A stretch of 63,215 bases of DNA, counting the filler, from Chlamydiia bacterium (GTDB lineage Bacteria; Chlamydiota; Chlamydiia; Chlamydiales; FEN-1388): the NCBI GenBank assembly GCA_903848235.1. It is 11 parts of 11 records of this genome, joined end to end, with 100 filler letters (N's around TTAATTAATTAA, not from the genome) between each part and the next. Parts side by side here need not be neighbours in the genome. Positions count along the whole stretch, not along the records: positions 49,067 to 59,935 come from CAINFV010000080.1; 10 more parts are not named here. One strand, 5' to 3'. Position 1 is the stretch's first letter, and each line of letters begins with the position of its first letter. The notes beneath the pieces were generated by a model. That model had not been told where the DNA came from and did not search any database. It saw nothing but the letters and a program-made list of their open reading frames with translations. Shown here piece after piece: positions 49,612 through 59,933 of the stretch. A program made the translations under genes and the position numbers.

Positions 49612-51441
49612 ATGTACCGCATGTTAAAGTATGTGTGTTGTTGTTTGTGTATGGCCTCTCTACAGGCCTCGTGGTCCACTCCTGATCCGATCTCAGGCCC
49701 AAACGTTAATGACCCTCAAATTGCCGTGGATGCGGCCGGCAATGCCACCGCCGTGTGGACAAGCATTAGTGGACCCAACAGTATCATACAATCCGCAACA
49801 AAACCCTTCGGTGGGAGTTGGTCGGGCACAGATATTCTCACAGACACAGGACAGGACGCCAGCCTCCCTCAAATTGCTGTGGATGCCGCTGGCAATGCCA
49901 CTGCCGTGTGGTTAAGATTCTATGGAACTAATAATGTCGTTTACGCTAAAACAAAAAAATTCGGTGAGAGCTGGTCGGTGGACCCAGTCGGTCTCTCAGA
50001 CCCAGAACATGCCGCCAATTCTCCTCAAATAGCTGTGGGTGCAGCAGGCGTTGCCATCGCCGTGTGGCAGACATCCAACGGAGCTAATTCTATCATTCAA
50101 GCCGCAACAAAACCCTTCGAAGAAATTTGGCAGGCCCCAGTTACTATATCCGCCCTAGGATATGATGCCGATTCGCCTGAGATTGCCGTGGATGCGGACG
50201 GCAATGCCACCGCCGTGTGGACAAGCACTAGTGGACCCGTCAGTAACATACAATCCTCAACAAAACCCTTCGGTGAGAGTTGGTTGGGTCCAGTTATTCT
50301 CTCGGGCAGTGGACTGAGTGCCGCAACGCCTCAAATTGCCGTGGATGCTGCTCGCAATGTTACCGTTGTGTGGCAGAAATTCGATGGAAACTATGTCATT
50401 CAAGCCTCAACAAAACTGTTCGGAGAAAGCTGGCAGAGTCTAGAAAATATCTCGGACTCAGCACCACTATTAGCTCAGGGTCCCCAAATTGCCGTGGATG
50501 CAGCCGGCAATGCCACCGCTGTGTGGATTCAATCCGACGGAACTCATGGTATCGTTCAAGCCTCAACAAAGCTTTTCGGGGAGAGCTGGCCGATTGACCC
50601 AGATAATAATCTCTCGGCCCCAGAACTGGACGCCGATGCGCCACAAATTGCCGTGGATGCAGCCGGCAATGCCACCGTCGTGTGGAAGGTTCATAACGGA
50701 ATCTATGACATCGTTCAAGCCACAACAAAACCCTACATGGGGAGCTGGCCGGTGGACCCAGTTGATCTCTCAGACTTAGTAGGGAGCTCCTTTGTGCCTC
50801 AAATTGCCGTGGATGCAGCCGGCAATGCCACCGCCGTGTGGAGGCTATTTGGTTCAGCGGGTGCCATTCAGTCCTCGACTCAATATGTCGCACCAACAGT
50901 AACCAGTGTCGTGCCTAACAGCGGGCTACCTGCAGGAGGAACGTCAGTAACAATTACTGGGACTACCTTCGTGGGCGTCATTGCTGTCAATTTTGGCTCG
51001 GTCATCGCACCAAACTTTACGGTTGTCTCGCCGACTGAAATTATCGCCATTGCCCCTGCTGGTTCTCCTGGTACCGTTGATATTCAGGTCGAAGCGGCTG
51101 GAGGCTTCTCTCCAATCACAGACGCTGATCGGTACCAATACACCTCTCAACCTTCCGTTCCTCGTCCTCCCCGCCATTTCAGGGGGACAAACAAGAAGCG
51201 ACACCATAGCCACAAGCATAAATATGTCTTGAGAAGCAATTGGGAAGTCAGTCCATCAACAGACACGTCGGCCTATCGCCTTTACAAGCGCAATAAAATT
51301 GTCGCTACCATTCCATCGAATTCAAAACGATTCTTCAAAACGCATTTGATTTGGAAACACTCATGGAAAAAGTTTTCTATTACGGCTGTTACCGAAAATA
51401 ACGTCGAAAGCGTCCATAAGAAACTGAAGATAGGGCATTAA
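49612..51441 (+). CDS. Secreted eight-repeat beta-propeller protein + IPT/TIG + basic His-rich C-terminal domain
   Basis: Eight PQIAVDAAGNATAVW repeats about 52 aa apart; P..G..AGGTSVTITGT (IPT); signal-like N-terminus (ORF track begins at 49588). Confidence 0.85.
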   Translation: MYRMLKYVCCCLCMASLQASWSTPDPISGPNVNDPQIAVDAAGNATAVWTSISGPNSIIQSATKPFGGSWSGTDILTDTGQDASLPQIAVDAAGNATAVWLRFYGTNNVVYAKTKKFGESWSVDPVGLSDPEHAANSPQIAVGAAGVAIAVWQTSNGANSIIQAATKPFEEIWQAPVTISALGYDADSPEIAVDADGNATAVWTSTSGPVSNIQSSTKPFGESWLGPVILSGSGLSAATPQIAVDAARNVTVVWQKFDGNYVIQASTKLFGESWQSLENISDSAPLLAQGPQIAVDAAGNATAVWIQSDGTHGIVQASTKLFGESWPIDPDNNLSAPELDADAPQIAVDAAGNATVVWKVHNGIYDIVQATTKPYMGSWPVDPVDLSDLVGSSFVPQIAVDAAGNATAVWRLFGSAGAIQSSTQYVAPTVTSVVPNSGLPAGGTSVTITGTTFVGVIAVNFGSVIAPNFTVVSPTEIIAIAPAGSPGTVDIQVEAAGGFSPITDADRYQYTSQPSVPRPPRHFRGTNKKRHHSHKHKYVLRSNWEVSPSTDTSAYRLYKRNKIVATIPSNSKRFFKTHLIWKHSWKKFSITAVTENNVESVHKKLKIGH

Positions 51442-51461
51442 AAAGCCGCTTATTCCAGAAC

Positions 51462-51524
51462 CTTTTACAAAACTCGCGACAGGACCTCGGCGTAAACCGA
51501 AAATCTGTGCGAGTTTTGTAAAAG
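51462..51524. repeat. Family D-like palindrome
   Basis: CTTTTACAAAACTCGC...GCGAGTTTTGTAAAAG. Confidence 0.6.
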
Positions 51525-51854
51525 CCTTGCTGTATAAAAAGACGATACCTCCCTCCATTCCAAGATTTTCAAAATATGTTCTTCCCTCGTCTAGTTTGCG
51601 AGGTGACGGAACCATAGAGAGTCAAGTTTAAATAATTTTGACTATCTGGGCGAGCCGCCTATAGCTATCATCGGTTGAATATTCGCCTTCAATTATTTCT
51701 TGTATTTAATTTATGAATGCATTCTGTGTTTTGTTGAATAATTTGTTTGAAATATATAAATAGTGTAATAATTGAATTAGAAAGCGAAAGAGGTGAATGG
51801 ACTGAATTGATGAAGAATCAAAATATTTAGTGGTTATCGAATAAGGAGGGTCCT

Positions 51855-54098
51855 ATGGCGCCCACCAAAACGATTAAATCAGAAGATGTTTCAATTGTAT
51901 CAGCCATTGAAACACTGTCCAGTATTGCAGACATTGAGCTAGCGTCGGCCCTCAAAGACCCCCTCATGACAGCTCCTCCGTCACGAGAAGTACCGGTGAT
52001 GGTGAGAACCGTCCGATGGCTTCATCAGAAAAATGCAGAACATATGACCTCCATTATGCGAGAGAAGCTTCATGTTGTTCTGAGCTATTTTCAGAATTTC
52101 TATGAGTCAGAACGAGAACGGTTTGCCCGAAGAGAATCCGTGGAAGGGATTCGGACGATCATGATGATCGTAGACGAAGCATCCGAAAATCTCGATCGCT
52201 ACACAAAACTTTTTCTCGGGTCGCAAGAAAAGAGCATTAAAGAGTCGAAGGAATTTCTGGACCTGTGCACGTTCTACGATACAAAAATCGTTCCTATCGC
52301 AGTTCCTAGAAAAGTCGCTGCTTGGATTACTGCACTGCCTATTGCTGACATTCTCGCAAAAGCTGGTGTAAGTCCTCCAGCAGTGTCTGTGCGGGCGGCG
52401 TATGCACCTCTCACCGTTGAGCTAGAAGATATTCAGAGAGATATTGACTACGAGCTTCTTCTCATCAGGAAAGCTGATGGGACGAGATTTTTCACGCCAA
52501 AATTCATTCGGAGCATGCGTCTTGCGAGTGATATTGAGAAGGCTGTGGACTGGCAGGGGAGGGGACCGTTAGAAACAGAGATCGATGCTCTGAAACGATT
52601 ACAGGTGGCAACAGAGGTAAATTATCTTTTAGGAAATTGCTATCCTGTCTTAGACGGTTTTTTTCATGCAGCACATCGTGCTAAAGACAGCCCGCTTGTC
52701 ATGGATTTGTACTCGCCATGTATAGCACTTATGGTAGCAGCGTTGCAGGCAATCCATCATAAAGATGCGCCTCGAGCAAAGGGCATCGTAGAGTATTTCG
52801 ATGACTTTCGAAGTCATTTTAGCCTTTTTGTTCATTCTTCGGACTTTAAGCGCCTTGTCACCTATCCTCCGACAAATGAACATTCATGGGAGTATGCGTT
52901 GCTCAGATTATCAGAGAGCATAGCATCGAGCATCGTCGATGGCGCTCCGTTGTCGCTAGAGCTCGTCTCTCATTTCACAGGGCTTCTCAACCAGGGGATG
53001 ATTCAAGCTATTGAAGAGCTCGGGCCTCCTGATGGTACGCTGTCGCATACGTTGAACTTAAACTTTGCTGCCCTTCGCCAGCTCATAGGAACGCGAGGGA
53101 ATACAACACTCGTGCGCATGCTTCAGGAGCTGGAGACACGAAGGTCGCAGTTCTACGAGCCGCTGGTTGGACGGGCTGTTCCAACGCATCTATTTAACTT
53201 TTCATGGCGAGGGGAAGTGATTCCTATCGTCAGGCTTCCTTCTCCAACACGGCAGGAGAAAATTGACTCTGCTTTCCCTTCAGAGGTGTTTCAGATGGCC
53301 CTGCGTCGCCATGGGCGACGGACAGGACGCTTTTTAGTGATTAACCTTCAGGATAGAACTGGATGGAAAGATGGAGCTCGCTGCCAGGCAATCGAAGAGC
53401 TGCAGCGACAGACTGAGACTAACACGTTAATCTCAGTCTTTTCTCTTTGCCGTGATGGAGATTTTTATAGGCAAGAAGGCATCTATGAGAAACAGACCTC
53501 TGCAGAAAAGTTTAAAGAAGAGCTGTTCTCTGCCTTAACGGATCCGGGCCGGGGAGTGCTGCTTCCCCTTACACCAGCCTTTGAGGTTGTTACTGAGCTA
53601 AAGGTGTTGATTGATGCTCTCCATTTATCCCTCTTTGCAGGACGTAATGTGCTAGCAAAAGCACAGCGTTGTGAATTCATCGAGCTCGTCCATCTTCTTC
53701 TGATGCTGAGGGTGATAGAACAGACTCATCCTGATAGCATCTTTATCAGTTGCAAAGATGGTCTTGATATTTCTTTGTCAGCTATTGCAGAGCTGTTCTC
53801 ACTTCTTAAAATTTTGAATCAGCGTTTATCGTCAGAAGATGAAAAGAATTGGCTTGCAGCGATGCTTTTGGGGCTTCCTCTTATAGAAAGAGATCGCCTC
53901 CTCTTTGCGGATCGCTATACCAAGATGACAGCGTTCATACGCTTCCTCGAAGGGGAAGCTCAAGAAGAAAATGGGTTATTTGAGCAGAAGGCACTTGATG
54001 CTATCGTGAAGTTTTTGCCTCAGGAGATAGCCTTTGCTGCCATGCTGCCGGCATCAGGACATCAGCCTACATATTTTGACCGAAGATATCCGATATAG
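51855..54098 (+). CDS. Conserved Chlamydiae-type hypothetical protein
   Basis: 747 aa with RBS AAGGAGG; motifs DYELL, LPSPTRQ, INLQDR, SCKDGLD, ERDRL, recalled from a conserved chlamydial family. Confidence 0.7.
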   Translation: MAPTKTIKSEDVSIVSAIETLSSIADIELASALKDPLMTAPPSREVPVMVRTVRWLHQKNAEHMTSIMREKLHVVLSYFQNFYESERERFARRESVEGIRTIMMIVDEASENLDRYTKLFLGSQEKSIKESKEFLDLCTFYDTKIVPIAVPRKVAAWITALPIADILAKAGVSPPAVSVRAAYAPLTVELEDIQRDIDYELLLIRKADGTRFFTPKFIRSMRLASDIEKAVDWQGRGPLETEIDALKRLQVATEVNYLLGNCYPVLDGFFHAAHRAKDSPLVMDLYSPCIALMVAALQAIHHKDAPRAKGIVEYFDDFRSHFSLFVHSSDFKRLVTYPPTNEHSWEYALLRLSESIASSIVDGAPLSLELVSHFTGLLNQGMIQAIEELGPPDGTLSHTLNLNFAALRQLIGTRGNTTLVRMLQELETRRSQFYEPLVGRAVPTHLFNFSWRGEVIPIVRLPSPTRQEKIDSAFPSEVFQMALRRHGRRTGRFLVINLQDRTGWKDGARCQAIEELQRQTETNTLISVFSLCRDGDFYRQEGIYEKQTSAEKFKEELFSALTDPGRGVLLPLTPAFEVVTELKVLIDALHLSLFAGRNVLAKAQRCEFIELVHLLLMLRVIEQTHPDSIFISCKDGLDISLSAIAELFSLLKILNQRLSSEDEKNWLAAMLLGLPLIERDRLLFADRYTKMTAFIRFLEGEAQEENGLFEQKALDAIVKFLPQEIAFAAMLPASGHQPTYFDRRYPI

Positions 54099-55552
54099 TC
54101 ATCTTCTGTCGGAAGCCTTCCTAGTGCTCGCGTCACTAACTCACGGCTTGAGAACCGTCTTCCATGTCTCCATACGTGTTCTTTCAGCCATTCATGGATA
54201 GGGGCGAAATCCCCCTTGGCAAGAAGTTCATCTCTATTCGGCAGAGAATTTCCCATGGCTTGGAAAAAGCAGACGGCGTAGAGAGACCCTAATGTATATG
54301 TTGGGAAATAGCCAAAACTGCCAAGTGACCAGTGGACGTCTTGGAGACACCCCTCGGTGTCTGTGCTGGGAGTGATTCCTAATGCCTCTTTCATGGCCGT
54401 GTTCCACCGCTCGGGAATATCTTTTACTGCCAGCCGACCATCGAGGAGCTCTTTTTCGATTTCAAATCTGAGTATCACGTGAAACGGATAGGTGACTTCG
54501 TCGGCCTGTGTTCTGATAAGAGAGCAGTTCACACTGTTGAGATCATCATAGAGTTCCTGTACAGAAGTGTGTGGAAGCCGTTCTTTGAGAGAACCAGAAA
54601 GAATTGAATATAGATGGTGAGCAAAGGGACGGGAGTGGCCGATCACCGTCTCCCATAGGCGAGATTGGCTTTCGTGGATGCTGAGCGAGGCAGCCTCTGC
54701 AAGTGGAGTTCCGAAGTGCTGACGATCTAACCCCATTTCATACATCCCATGGCCTGTTTCATGGAGGGCAGACATGACCTGATCGAGCAGGTCGTTAGAG
54801 GAGCGACGTATCGTGATGCGAGAGTCAGTGGGATGGATGCCGACTGAAAAGGGGTGCTCGGAGGTATCTATGCGTCCCCTGTCCCAATCAAATCCAATAA
54901 ACGTGGCAACCTCTCTACTAGCCTTCATCTGTTCGTCATGGGTGGATGGAAAGTCCATCCGCTGTCTTCCATATAACGGGGAGCGTCGCACGGCATCGAG
55001 CAGCAGGCGGAGTTTTGTTTTTAACGATGAAAACAGTATGGAGATCTCTTCGGTGGTCGCCTCTGGCTCATGTTCATCGATCAGGGCATCAAGAGGGTGG
55101 TGTGCATAGCCGAGGTATTCTGCCTTCTGCCGCATAAGGGCGACGAGCCGCTCTAGGTGGGGCATAAACAGCGTCCACCGGTTCTGCTGTTTTGCTGTAT
55201 GCCATGCGTCGAAAGCCTCTGACGTAGCACGCGACAGTGCTTGCACAAAAGGTGTTGGCAGCAGCCTTGCTTTTGTAATATCTCTGTGGAGCCTTTTGAT
55301 GACGATTGCTTCATCGCTATCACCCTCGACGGAAGCATGGAGTTGCTCGAGCTGTTCAAAATACTGAGGAGCGCTTTTCTTATCATGGATGATTCCGGCG
55401 AGGAGCGCCTTTTGATTTGCCCGATGGTCATTAGCTGCTTTTGGCATCACCGTCTCTTGATCCCAGGTGAGGAGCTCAAGAATTGTTTCTAAGGTGCGGA
55501 TGTGGCGAGCTTCGAGGGCGATAGAGTCATAGATAGTGCGGTTAAGCATCAA
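54062..55552 (-). CDS. Carboxypeptidase Taq family (peptidase M32)
   Basis: WDQET.MP, HPF, HETGH (HExxH), HESQS, IRTQADE, GCLQDVHW, FGYFPTY. Confidence 0.95.
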   Translation of the reverse strand: MMLNRTIYDSIALEARHIRTLETILELLTWDQETVMPKAANDHRANQKALLAGIIHDKKSAPQYFEQLEQLHASVEGDSDEAIVIKRLHRDITKARLLPTPFVQALSRATSEAFDAWHTAKQQNRWTLFMPHLERLVALMRQKAEYLGYAHHPLDALIDEHEPEATTEEISILFSSLKTKLRLLLDAVRRSPLYGRQRMDFPSTHDEQMKASREVATFIGFDWDRGRIDTSEHPFSVGIHPTDSRITIRRSSNDLLDQVMSALHETGHGMYEMGLDRQHFGTPLAEAASLSIHESQSRLWETVIGHSRPFAHHLYSILSGSLKERLPHTSVQELYDDLNSVNCSLIRTQADEVTYPFHVILRFEIEKELLDGRLAVKDIPERWNTAMKEALGITPSTDTEGCLQDVHWSLGSFGYFPTYTLGSLYAVCFFQAMGNSLPNRDELLAKGDFAPIHEWLKEHVWRHGRRFSSRELVTRALGRLPTEDDYIGYLRSKYVG

Positions 55553-56282
55553 CTTCTCCTGGAGTACATAGAGGTGGATGGTAGCCTACAAAGCGATACA
55601 AGGAGTGGAGGCCTCTGTTCAATAATGGGGTGCACAGTGCCCATGAGAGGGCGATGATGACAATGGATCCGCTTCCCACAATAAGGTCGCTGAGCCAATG
55701 GGCTCCTGAGATAAGTCTAGGGAGGATGAAAAGTGTTGAGAAGAGATAGGCAAACAACCCCCGTTTCCAACCAGCGAAAAACCATAGGAAGGCGCACCAC
55801 TGAAAGACGATGCACGCATGGTCTGCGGGAAAGCAGAAGTAGGAGCTGTCCTTGATTTTTACCCATGGCGCAACTTCTGAGAGCATGACCGAGGCCTTCA
55901 TCACCACCGTTGGGCTATGCCTTGAGATCCCAAGATGCTCACAGATAGGGGTGAAACATTGCTTGCAGAGGAGAATGCTGATTTCAAACCACACCAAGGT
56001 ATAGATGAGTTCGGCCACTCTTTTCCTCCGTTCTTGGCCTTCACCCTCGAAGACATAGAGCAGAAAGCAGCCAAAGAGAAAGGAAGCGCCGAAGATGTCA
56101 GTAATTTTGATATTAAAGACTGCCCAGAAAGCCTGTTGAATAGGGTGGTCGCTAATAGATGAGTTAAGAGTTACAAAAAAGACAGTATCGATACCCTTCC
56201 ATATGGCATCTGAGTGGGGGAGAAAGAGGCTGGCGAGCAGTGCTACGGCCAGCATGTGGAGGGCAAAAAAAGAACGACTCAT
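55542..56282 (-). CDS. PAP2-family phosphatase/phosphotransferase (YeiU/LpxT-like)
   Basis: R.SP, KD.S..FPADH, PRL.SGAHW.SD motifs; multiple TMs. Confidence 0.85.
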   Translation of the reverse strand: MSRSFFALHMLAVALLASLFLPHSDAIWKGIDTVFFVTLNSSISDHPIQQAFWAVFNIKITDIFGASFLFGCFLLYVFEGEGQERRKRVAELIYTLVWFEISILLCKQCFTPICEHLGISRHSPTVVMKASVMLSEVAPWVKIKDSSYFCFPADHACIVFQWCAFLWFFAGWKRGLFAYLFSTLFILPRLISGAHWLSDLIVGSGSIVIIALSWALCTPLLNRGLHSLYRFVGYHPPLCTPGEVDA

Positions 56283-56354
56283 ATGACAGTGTGGTGTACC
56301 GGTGAAAATATGAAGGATTATAGCAGGTAGAAACGGCTATTGCAAAAGTCTTCT

Positions 56355-56421
56355 TACTGAGGCTTTTGCAAAACTAGACTCCGCAAGCAGAGCGCAGCCG
56401 CTCGTTTTGCAAAAGCCAGTA
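56355..56421. repeat. Short palindromic repeat family D
   Basis: TACTGAGGCTTTTGCAAAA...GCAGAGCG..CCGCT.GTTTTGCAAAAGCC; homolog of 36832-36896. Confidence 0.75.
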
Positions 56422-56525
56422 CTATCAAAAAATTCTTCCGATACATAGTATCCGGATATATGCCGTATTGTATTCGGCATTGAGTGTCTGCATCGATGTT
56501 CATACGTGTACTTAGGAGTGATGCG

Positions 56526-57506
56526 ATGGATGCGATTCGTTGTGCTGTCACCGGTTGCCTTGGCAACGTCGGTTATAATCTTGTATTTTTTTTGGCAAGT
56601 GGGGGTGTTTTCGGCCCTCACCAGAAAATCAGTCTCAACCTTCTTGAGATCCCTGATTTGGCCCCTCAGCTCGAAGGGCTGAAGATGGAGCTCGAGGATT
56701 GCGCATTCCCTGCTCTTCATGAGATACGTGTTGGATCAGATCCCTTTGATCTTTTTGGTGATATCGACTGTGCATTTCTTGTTGGCGCTAGGCCTCGAGG
56801 TCCTGGTATGGAGAGAAAAGAGCTTCTCCAAGCCAACGGGGTTATCTTCCAGCGGCAAGGACAGGCATTAGATAGATCTGCGAAGAAAAGGGTCCGTGTC
56901 CTGGTAGTAGGAAACCCCTGCAACACCAATTGTCTTATTGCCCTTCACAATGCAAAAACCATCTCTCCGGATCAATTTGCAGCGCTGACGCGGCTTGACG
57001 AATTTCGAGCACGGGCAGTGCTTGCGAAAAAAACCGGTGCTGATGTCAGCGATGTCTCTCCTGTTGTGATCTGGGGGAACCATTCTTCAACATTGGTGCC
57101 AGATATTCAACATACGATGATAGGGAAGAAGGCCGCTCTTTCCTGTGTCGATGAGGCCTGGATCCTCTCAACCATGCTCCCTTCTGTTCGGAAGCGAGGG
57201 GCTGAAATTATTAAACTTCGTGGAAAATCATCCTCTGCGTCTGCGGCTTTTGCTGCAGTATCAGCTATGGCGGTCATGACGGGGCAGTTAGAAGAAAATA
57301 GTCTTGTTTCTATGCCGGTGTTTAGTAAGGGGAACCCTTACGGAATTGATCCAAATCTTGTATTCTCCTTTCCCTGTAGGACGCACGGCGATCGGCTGAC
57401 AATTGACCCCTCGATGCGGCCCTCCGACGCCCTGTGGAAAGAGGTGCTTGTGTCTGAAAAAGAGCTTATCGAAGAACGAGATGCTGTTCGACATTTATTG
57501 GTCTGA
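56526..57506 (+). CDS. mdh: Malate dehydrogenase (cytosolic-type, as in Chlamydiae)
   Basis: MELEDCAFP, VGARPRGPGMERKELL..N, VVGNPCNTN, TRLD, IWGNHSST, RGAEII..RGKSSSASAA. Confidence 0.95.
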   Translation: MDAIRCAVTGCLGNVGYNLVFFLASGGVFGPHQKISLNLLEIPDLAPQLEGLKMELEDCAFPALHEIRVGSDPFDLFGDIDCAFLVGARPRGPGMERKELLQANGVIFQRQGQALDRSAKKRVRVLVVGNPCNTNCLIALHNAKTISPDQFAALTRLDEFRARAVLAKKTGADVSDVSPVVIWGNHSSTLVPDIQHTMIGKKAALSCVDEAWILSTMLPSVRKRGAEIIKLRGKSSSASAAFAAVSAMAVMTGQLEENSLVSMPVFSKGNPYGIDPNLVFSFPCRTHGDRLTIDPSMRPSDALWKEVLVSEKELIEERDAVRHLLV

Positions 57507-57603
57507 GTTAACACTGGAGTTTGGACAAAATTTTGCCTAAACTCCACTAGCAGAAAAATAGTGACCTCGACTTTGTGCAAAGTCTAAGTGAAGGAAGTTT
57601 TAC

Positions 57604-58410
57604 ATGGATGAACGAGTCCTTGAGCGCATGGTTGCGCGAAGTGGGCGAACAGTACAAAGTTCTGGTGCCATAGCGCTGTGTGCGAGCGGTGTGTTTTTGA
57701 CGGCCATTTTTTGGATTGTACTCCGTGTTGTCCTTGGAGGGATTGGTGGTGTATTTCACTTGCCAATGGTTTTTCTGACAGCTTCCTTTGCTCTTCTTCC
57801 CGCCGTTGCTGTCATTCCTCCCATAGCATCATGGTCGCTCAGTGCACGCTCCGGCCATGAGTCGCTTCCCCTTCACGAGGCAGTCCATCAGCGGTGGAAA
57901 CAATCTGTTGCATTGTTTCTCTACGCTCTTTGTGTTGCTGTGGTAGAGCTGTTGTTAGGAGTTGCCGTTGCTGTGTGGTGTGGTATTGAGGCAATCCCTG
58001 TCTTTGGTGGCGCTGTATACCTGTTTTTCTCGTGGGTGCCGAGTATCATCACCCTTGTTATGGGCATCATCCTTTTCCTTCACATTCTTGTTCTCTTCAG
58101 CGTTGGCACGATACTAGCTGTGACGGCCGTTGAGCAGAAAGGGCTTTTCTCTGAGATTCTTGTTCTTCTTCGTCGCGAATGGGTATTGCGGGTCAAGCTT
58201 CTCTTTATCGGAAGTATCCCTTCCGTCATTTTATATGGTGCTACAACGATCTGGACGATGAAAGGGTTGCCGACAGGAATAGAGTTTTCGGCATCGATCT
58301 TTCGAGCAGCAGCATACTCTATTTTCGAAGCCCCCTTACTATTGTTTTGGATTCACATAGCCGTTGAGGCGGACCGATATATCCAGTGGGTCTCCATTAG
58401 GAGAGTGTGA
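57604..58410 (+). CDS. Multi-pass membrane protein, hypothetical
   Basis: 268 aa with several hydrophobic helices. Confidence 0.75.
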   Translation: MDERVLERMVARSGRTVQSSGAIALCASGVFLTAIFWIVLRVVLGGIGGVFHLPMVFLTASFALLPAVAVIPPIASWSLSARSGHESLPLHEAVHQRWKQSVALFLYALCVAVVELLLGVAVAVWCGIEAIPVFGGAVYLFFSWVPSIITLVMGIILFLHILVLFSVGTILAVTAVEQKGLFSEILVLLRREWVLRVKLLFIGSIPSVILYGATTIWTMKGLPTGIEFSASIFRAAAYSIFEAPLLLFWIHIAVEADRYIQWVSIRRV

Positions 58411-59485
58411 TAGCGGTGCTAACAGCCATTTTACAAGGCCTTCCCGCCACTTCTTGAACATACTGCGGTACCAAATAGCCTGACATTCTGCCCCTAAGAG
58501 CTTCTACCAGTGCCAGTCCTTTCTGTACTGGCACTTCATAATGGGCAGCACCAAGGACGCGGTCAAGCTGATGAAGGTAGTAGGGGATGATACCTGCATT
58601 TCCGAGTGTCGAAAAAAGAGATTCGAGAATCTCAACACGATCATTCACTCCTCGTAAGAGTACGGTTTGACTCAGGAGTGGGATGCCCAAACGCCGAAGA
58701 CGTGAGAGCGACACTATCACCTCGTCATCAAGCTCTTTTGGATGATTGACGTGTAGTACAACGAGCAGCTGCTGAGGTATTTTTTGAAGAGAAGAGAGAA
58801 GCTCATCGTCAATACGCTCTGGAATGCCGATTGGAAATCGCGTATGGAGTCGAATGCGCTTGATATGAGAGATCTTCCCCAAGGCAGAAAGGAGACGTTC
58901 TAGATGGCTTGTCGGCTGTGCAAGGGGGTCGCCGCCACTGAGTACCACCTCGTCGATTTCATGATGGTCATGGAGCCATGATAGCTCATCATGAAAATCA
59001 GAAGGCCCTTGGCAATATGGATAATGGCGGCGAAAGCAAAAACGGCAGTGCATGCCGCAGGCCCGTGTGGTGATGATCAGAGCTCGTCCATGATACTTGC
59101 AGAGGATGTTCTCTGTGCAGTGCGCTGTTGTTTCATGGAGGGGATCGGCATCAAACCCTGCGGTTGCGGTCTCTTCTGCCATGAGGGGAGCAAACTGACG
59201 AAACAGCGGATCGTCGATAGATCCTTTTTCGATTTTTTTGGCGATGCGTTCTGGAACATTGATGGGAAATGGGGAGGAAGAGAGGATCTGCAGTCGATCA
59301 GATGGGGAGATTTGGCAGAAGTCGAGGAAGGGGATGACGCGAGTGAAATTACGTTGCCATATTGTATGCCATTGTGGGATATCCATACGCACCAAAAGGA
59401 GTTGTTGAAGGTCATACCTGTTTTCTAAAGGCATTCTCTTGTTAATTTTGCGGTACGTATCCTCCCTCTTCGTAAAGCTGTCCAC
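58397..59485 (-). CDS. epmB: KamA/EpmB radical SAM protein (EF-P beta-lysylation)
   Basis: CGMHCRFCFRRH (CxxxCxxC), SGGDPL, RLHTR.P...P.RI, HVNHP.E, QTVLLRGVND, PYYLHQLD; real start may be near 59435. Confidence 0.9.
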   Translation of the reverse strand: MDSFTKREDTYRKINKRMPLENRYDLQQLLLVRMDIPQWHTIWQRNFTRVIPFLDFCQISPSDRLQILSSSPFPINVPERIAKKIEKGSIDDPLFRQFAPLMAEETATAGFDADPLHETTAHCTENILCKYHGRALIITTRACGMHCRFCFRRHYPYCQGPSDFHDELSWLHDHHEIDEVVLSGGDPLAQPTSHLERLLSALGKISHIKRIRLHTRFPIGIPERIDDELLSSLQKIPQQLLVVLHVNHPKELDDEVIVSLSRLRRLGIPLLSQTVLLRGVNDRVEILESLFSTLGNAGIIPYYLHQLDRVLGAAHYEVPVQKGLALVEALRGRMSGYLVPQYVQEVAGRPCKMAVSTAITLS

Positions 59486-59749
59486 GCCTTAACAGCGCAT
59501 AGACATTGCTGCCCTGACAGGACAGCCCAAGGAGGAGCAGGTCTTCGGTGCTATCCGGTTGATAAGGTTCTGGCGACCACAGTCCAGAAATTCTCGTTGA
59601 AGGGGCGATATTATTCATGAGAGGCGCCAATTAATATTAAAACCACAAATCAAGTCCAGAGTGTAATCAAAAAACCATGTTTTTTGCAATTAATCTATAA
59701 TAAGAAATTGACTTTTCAGCCGGTTTTTTCACCTAGGCCGTAGGTATGG

Positions 59750-59782
59750 GTCAACTACCCCTCCCTAAAGGGAGGGGCTTGT
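59750..59782. mobile_element. IS200/IS605-type right end
   Basis: GTCAACTACCCCTCCCTAAAGGGAGGGGCTTGT hairpin overlapping the tnpB stop codon. Confidence 0.85.
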
Positions 59783-59933
59783 AGCTGGCTGCAAGGGCCG
59801 CTACCATTGGCACGTTGACAAGTGCCGTTGGCGAGACAGCAGACTCGCCAAGCTTCAGTAGGTTGATCGCTGCATTGCGATCGCTGTGCTGATAGCTTCC
59901 ACAGCTAGGACACGTAAACCGATGTCTTTGCCG
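59751..59933 (-). CDS. tnpB: TnpB C-terminal fragment (absent from the ORF track)
   Basis: Manual translation RQRHRFTCPSCGSYQHSDRNAAINLLKLG...KPLPLGRGS*: Zn-ribbon CPSC plus RuvC-III DRNAAIN. Confidence 0.9.
   Translation of the reverse strand, partial: RQRHRFTCPSCGSYQHSDRNAAINLLKLGESAVSPTALVNVPMVAALAASYKPLPLGRGS

Noticed and set aside
49714..50845. Regularly spaced ~45-bp DNA repeats (CCTCAAATTGCCGTGGATGC...) resembling a CRISPR array
   Set aside because: They are in-frame protein repeats (PQIAVDAAGNATAVW) about 155 bp apart, with related intervening sequence; no cas genes and no CRISPR array were seen in the window.
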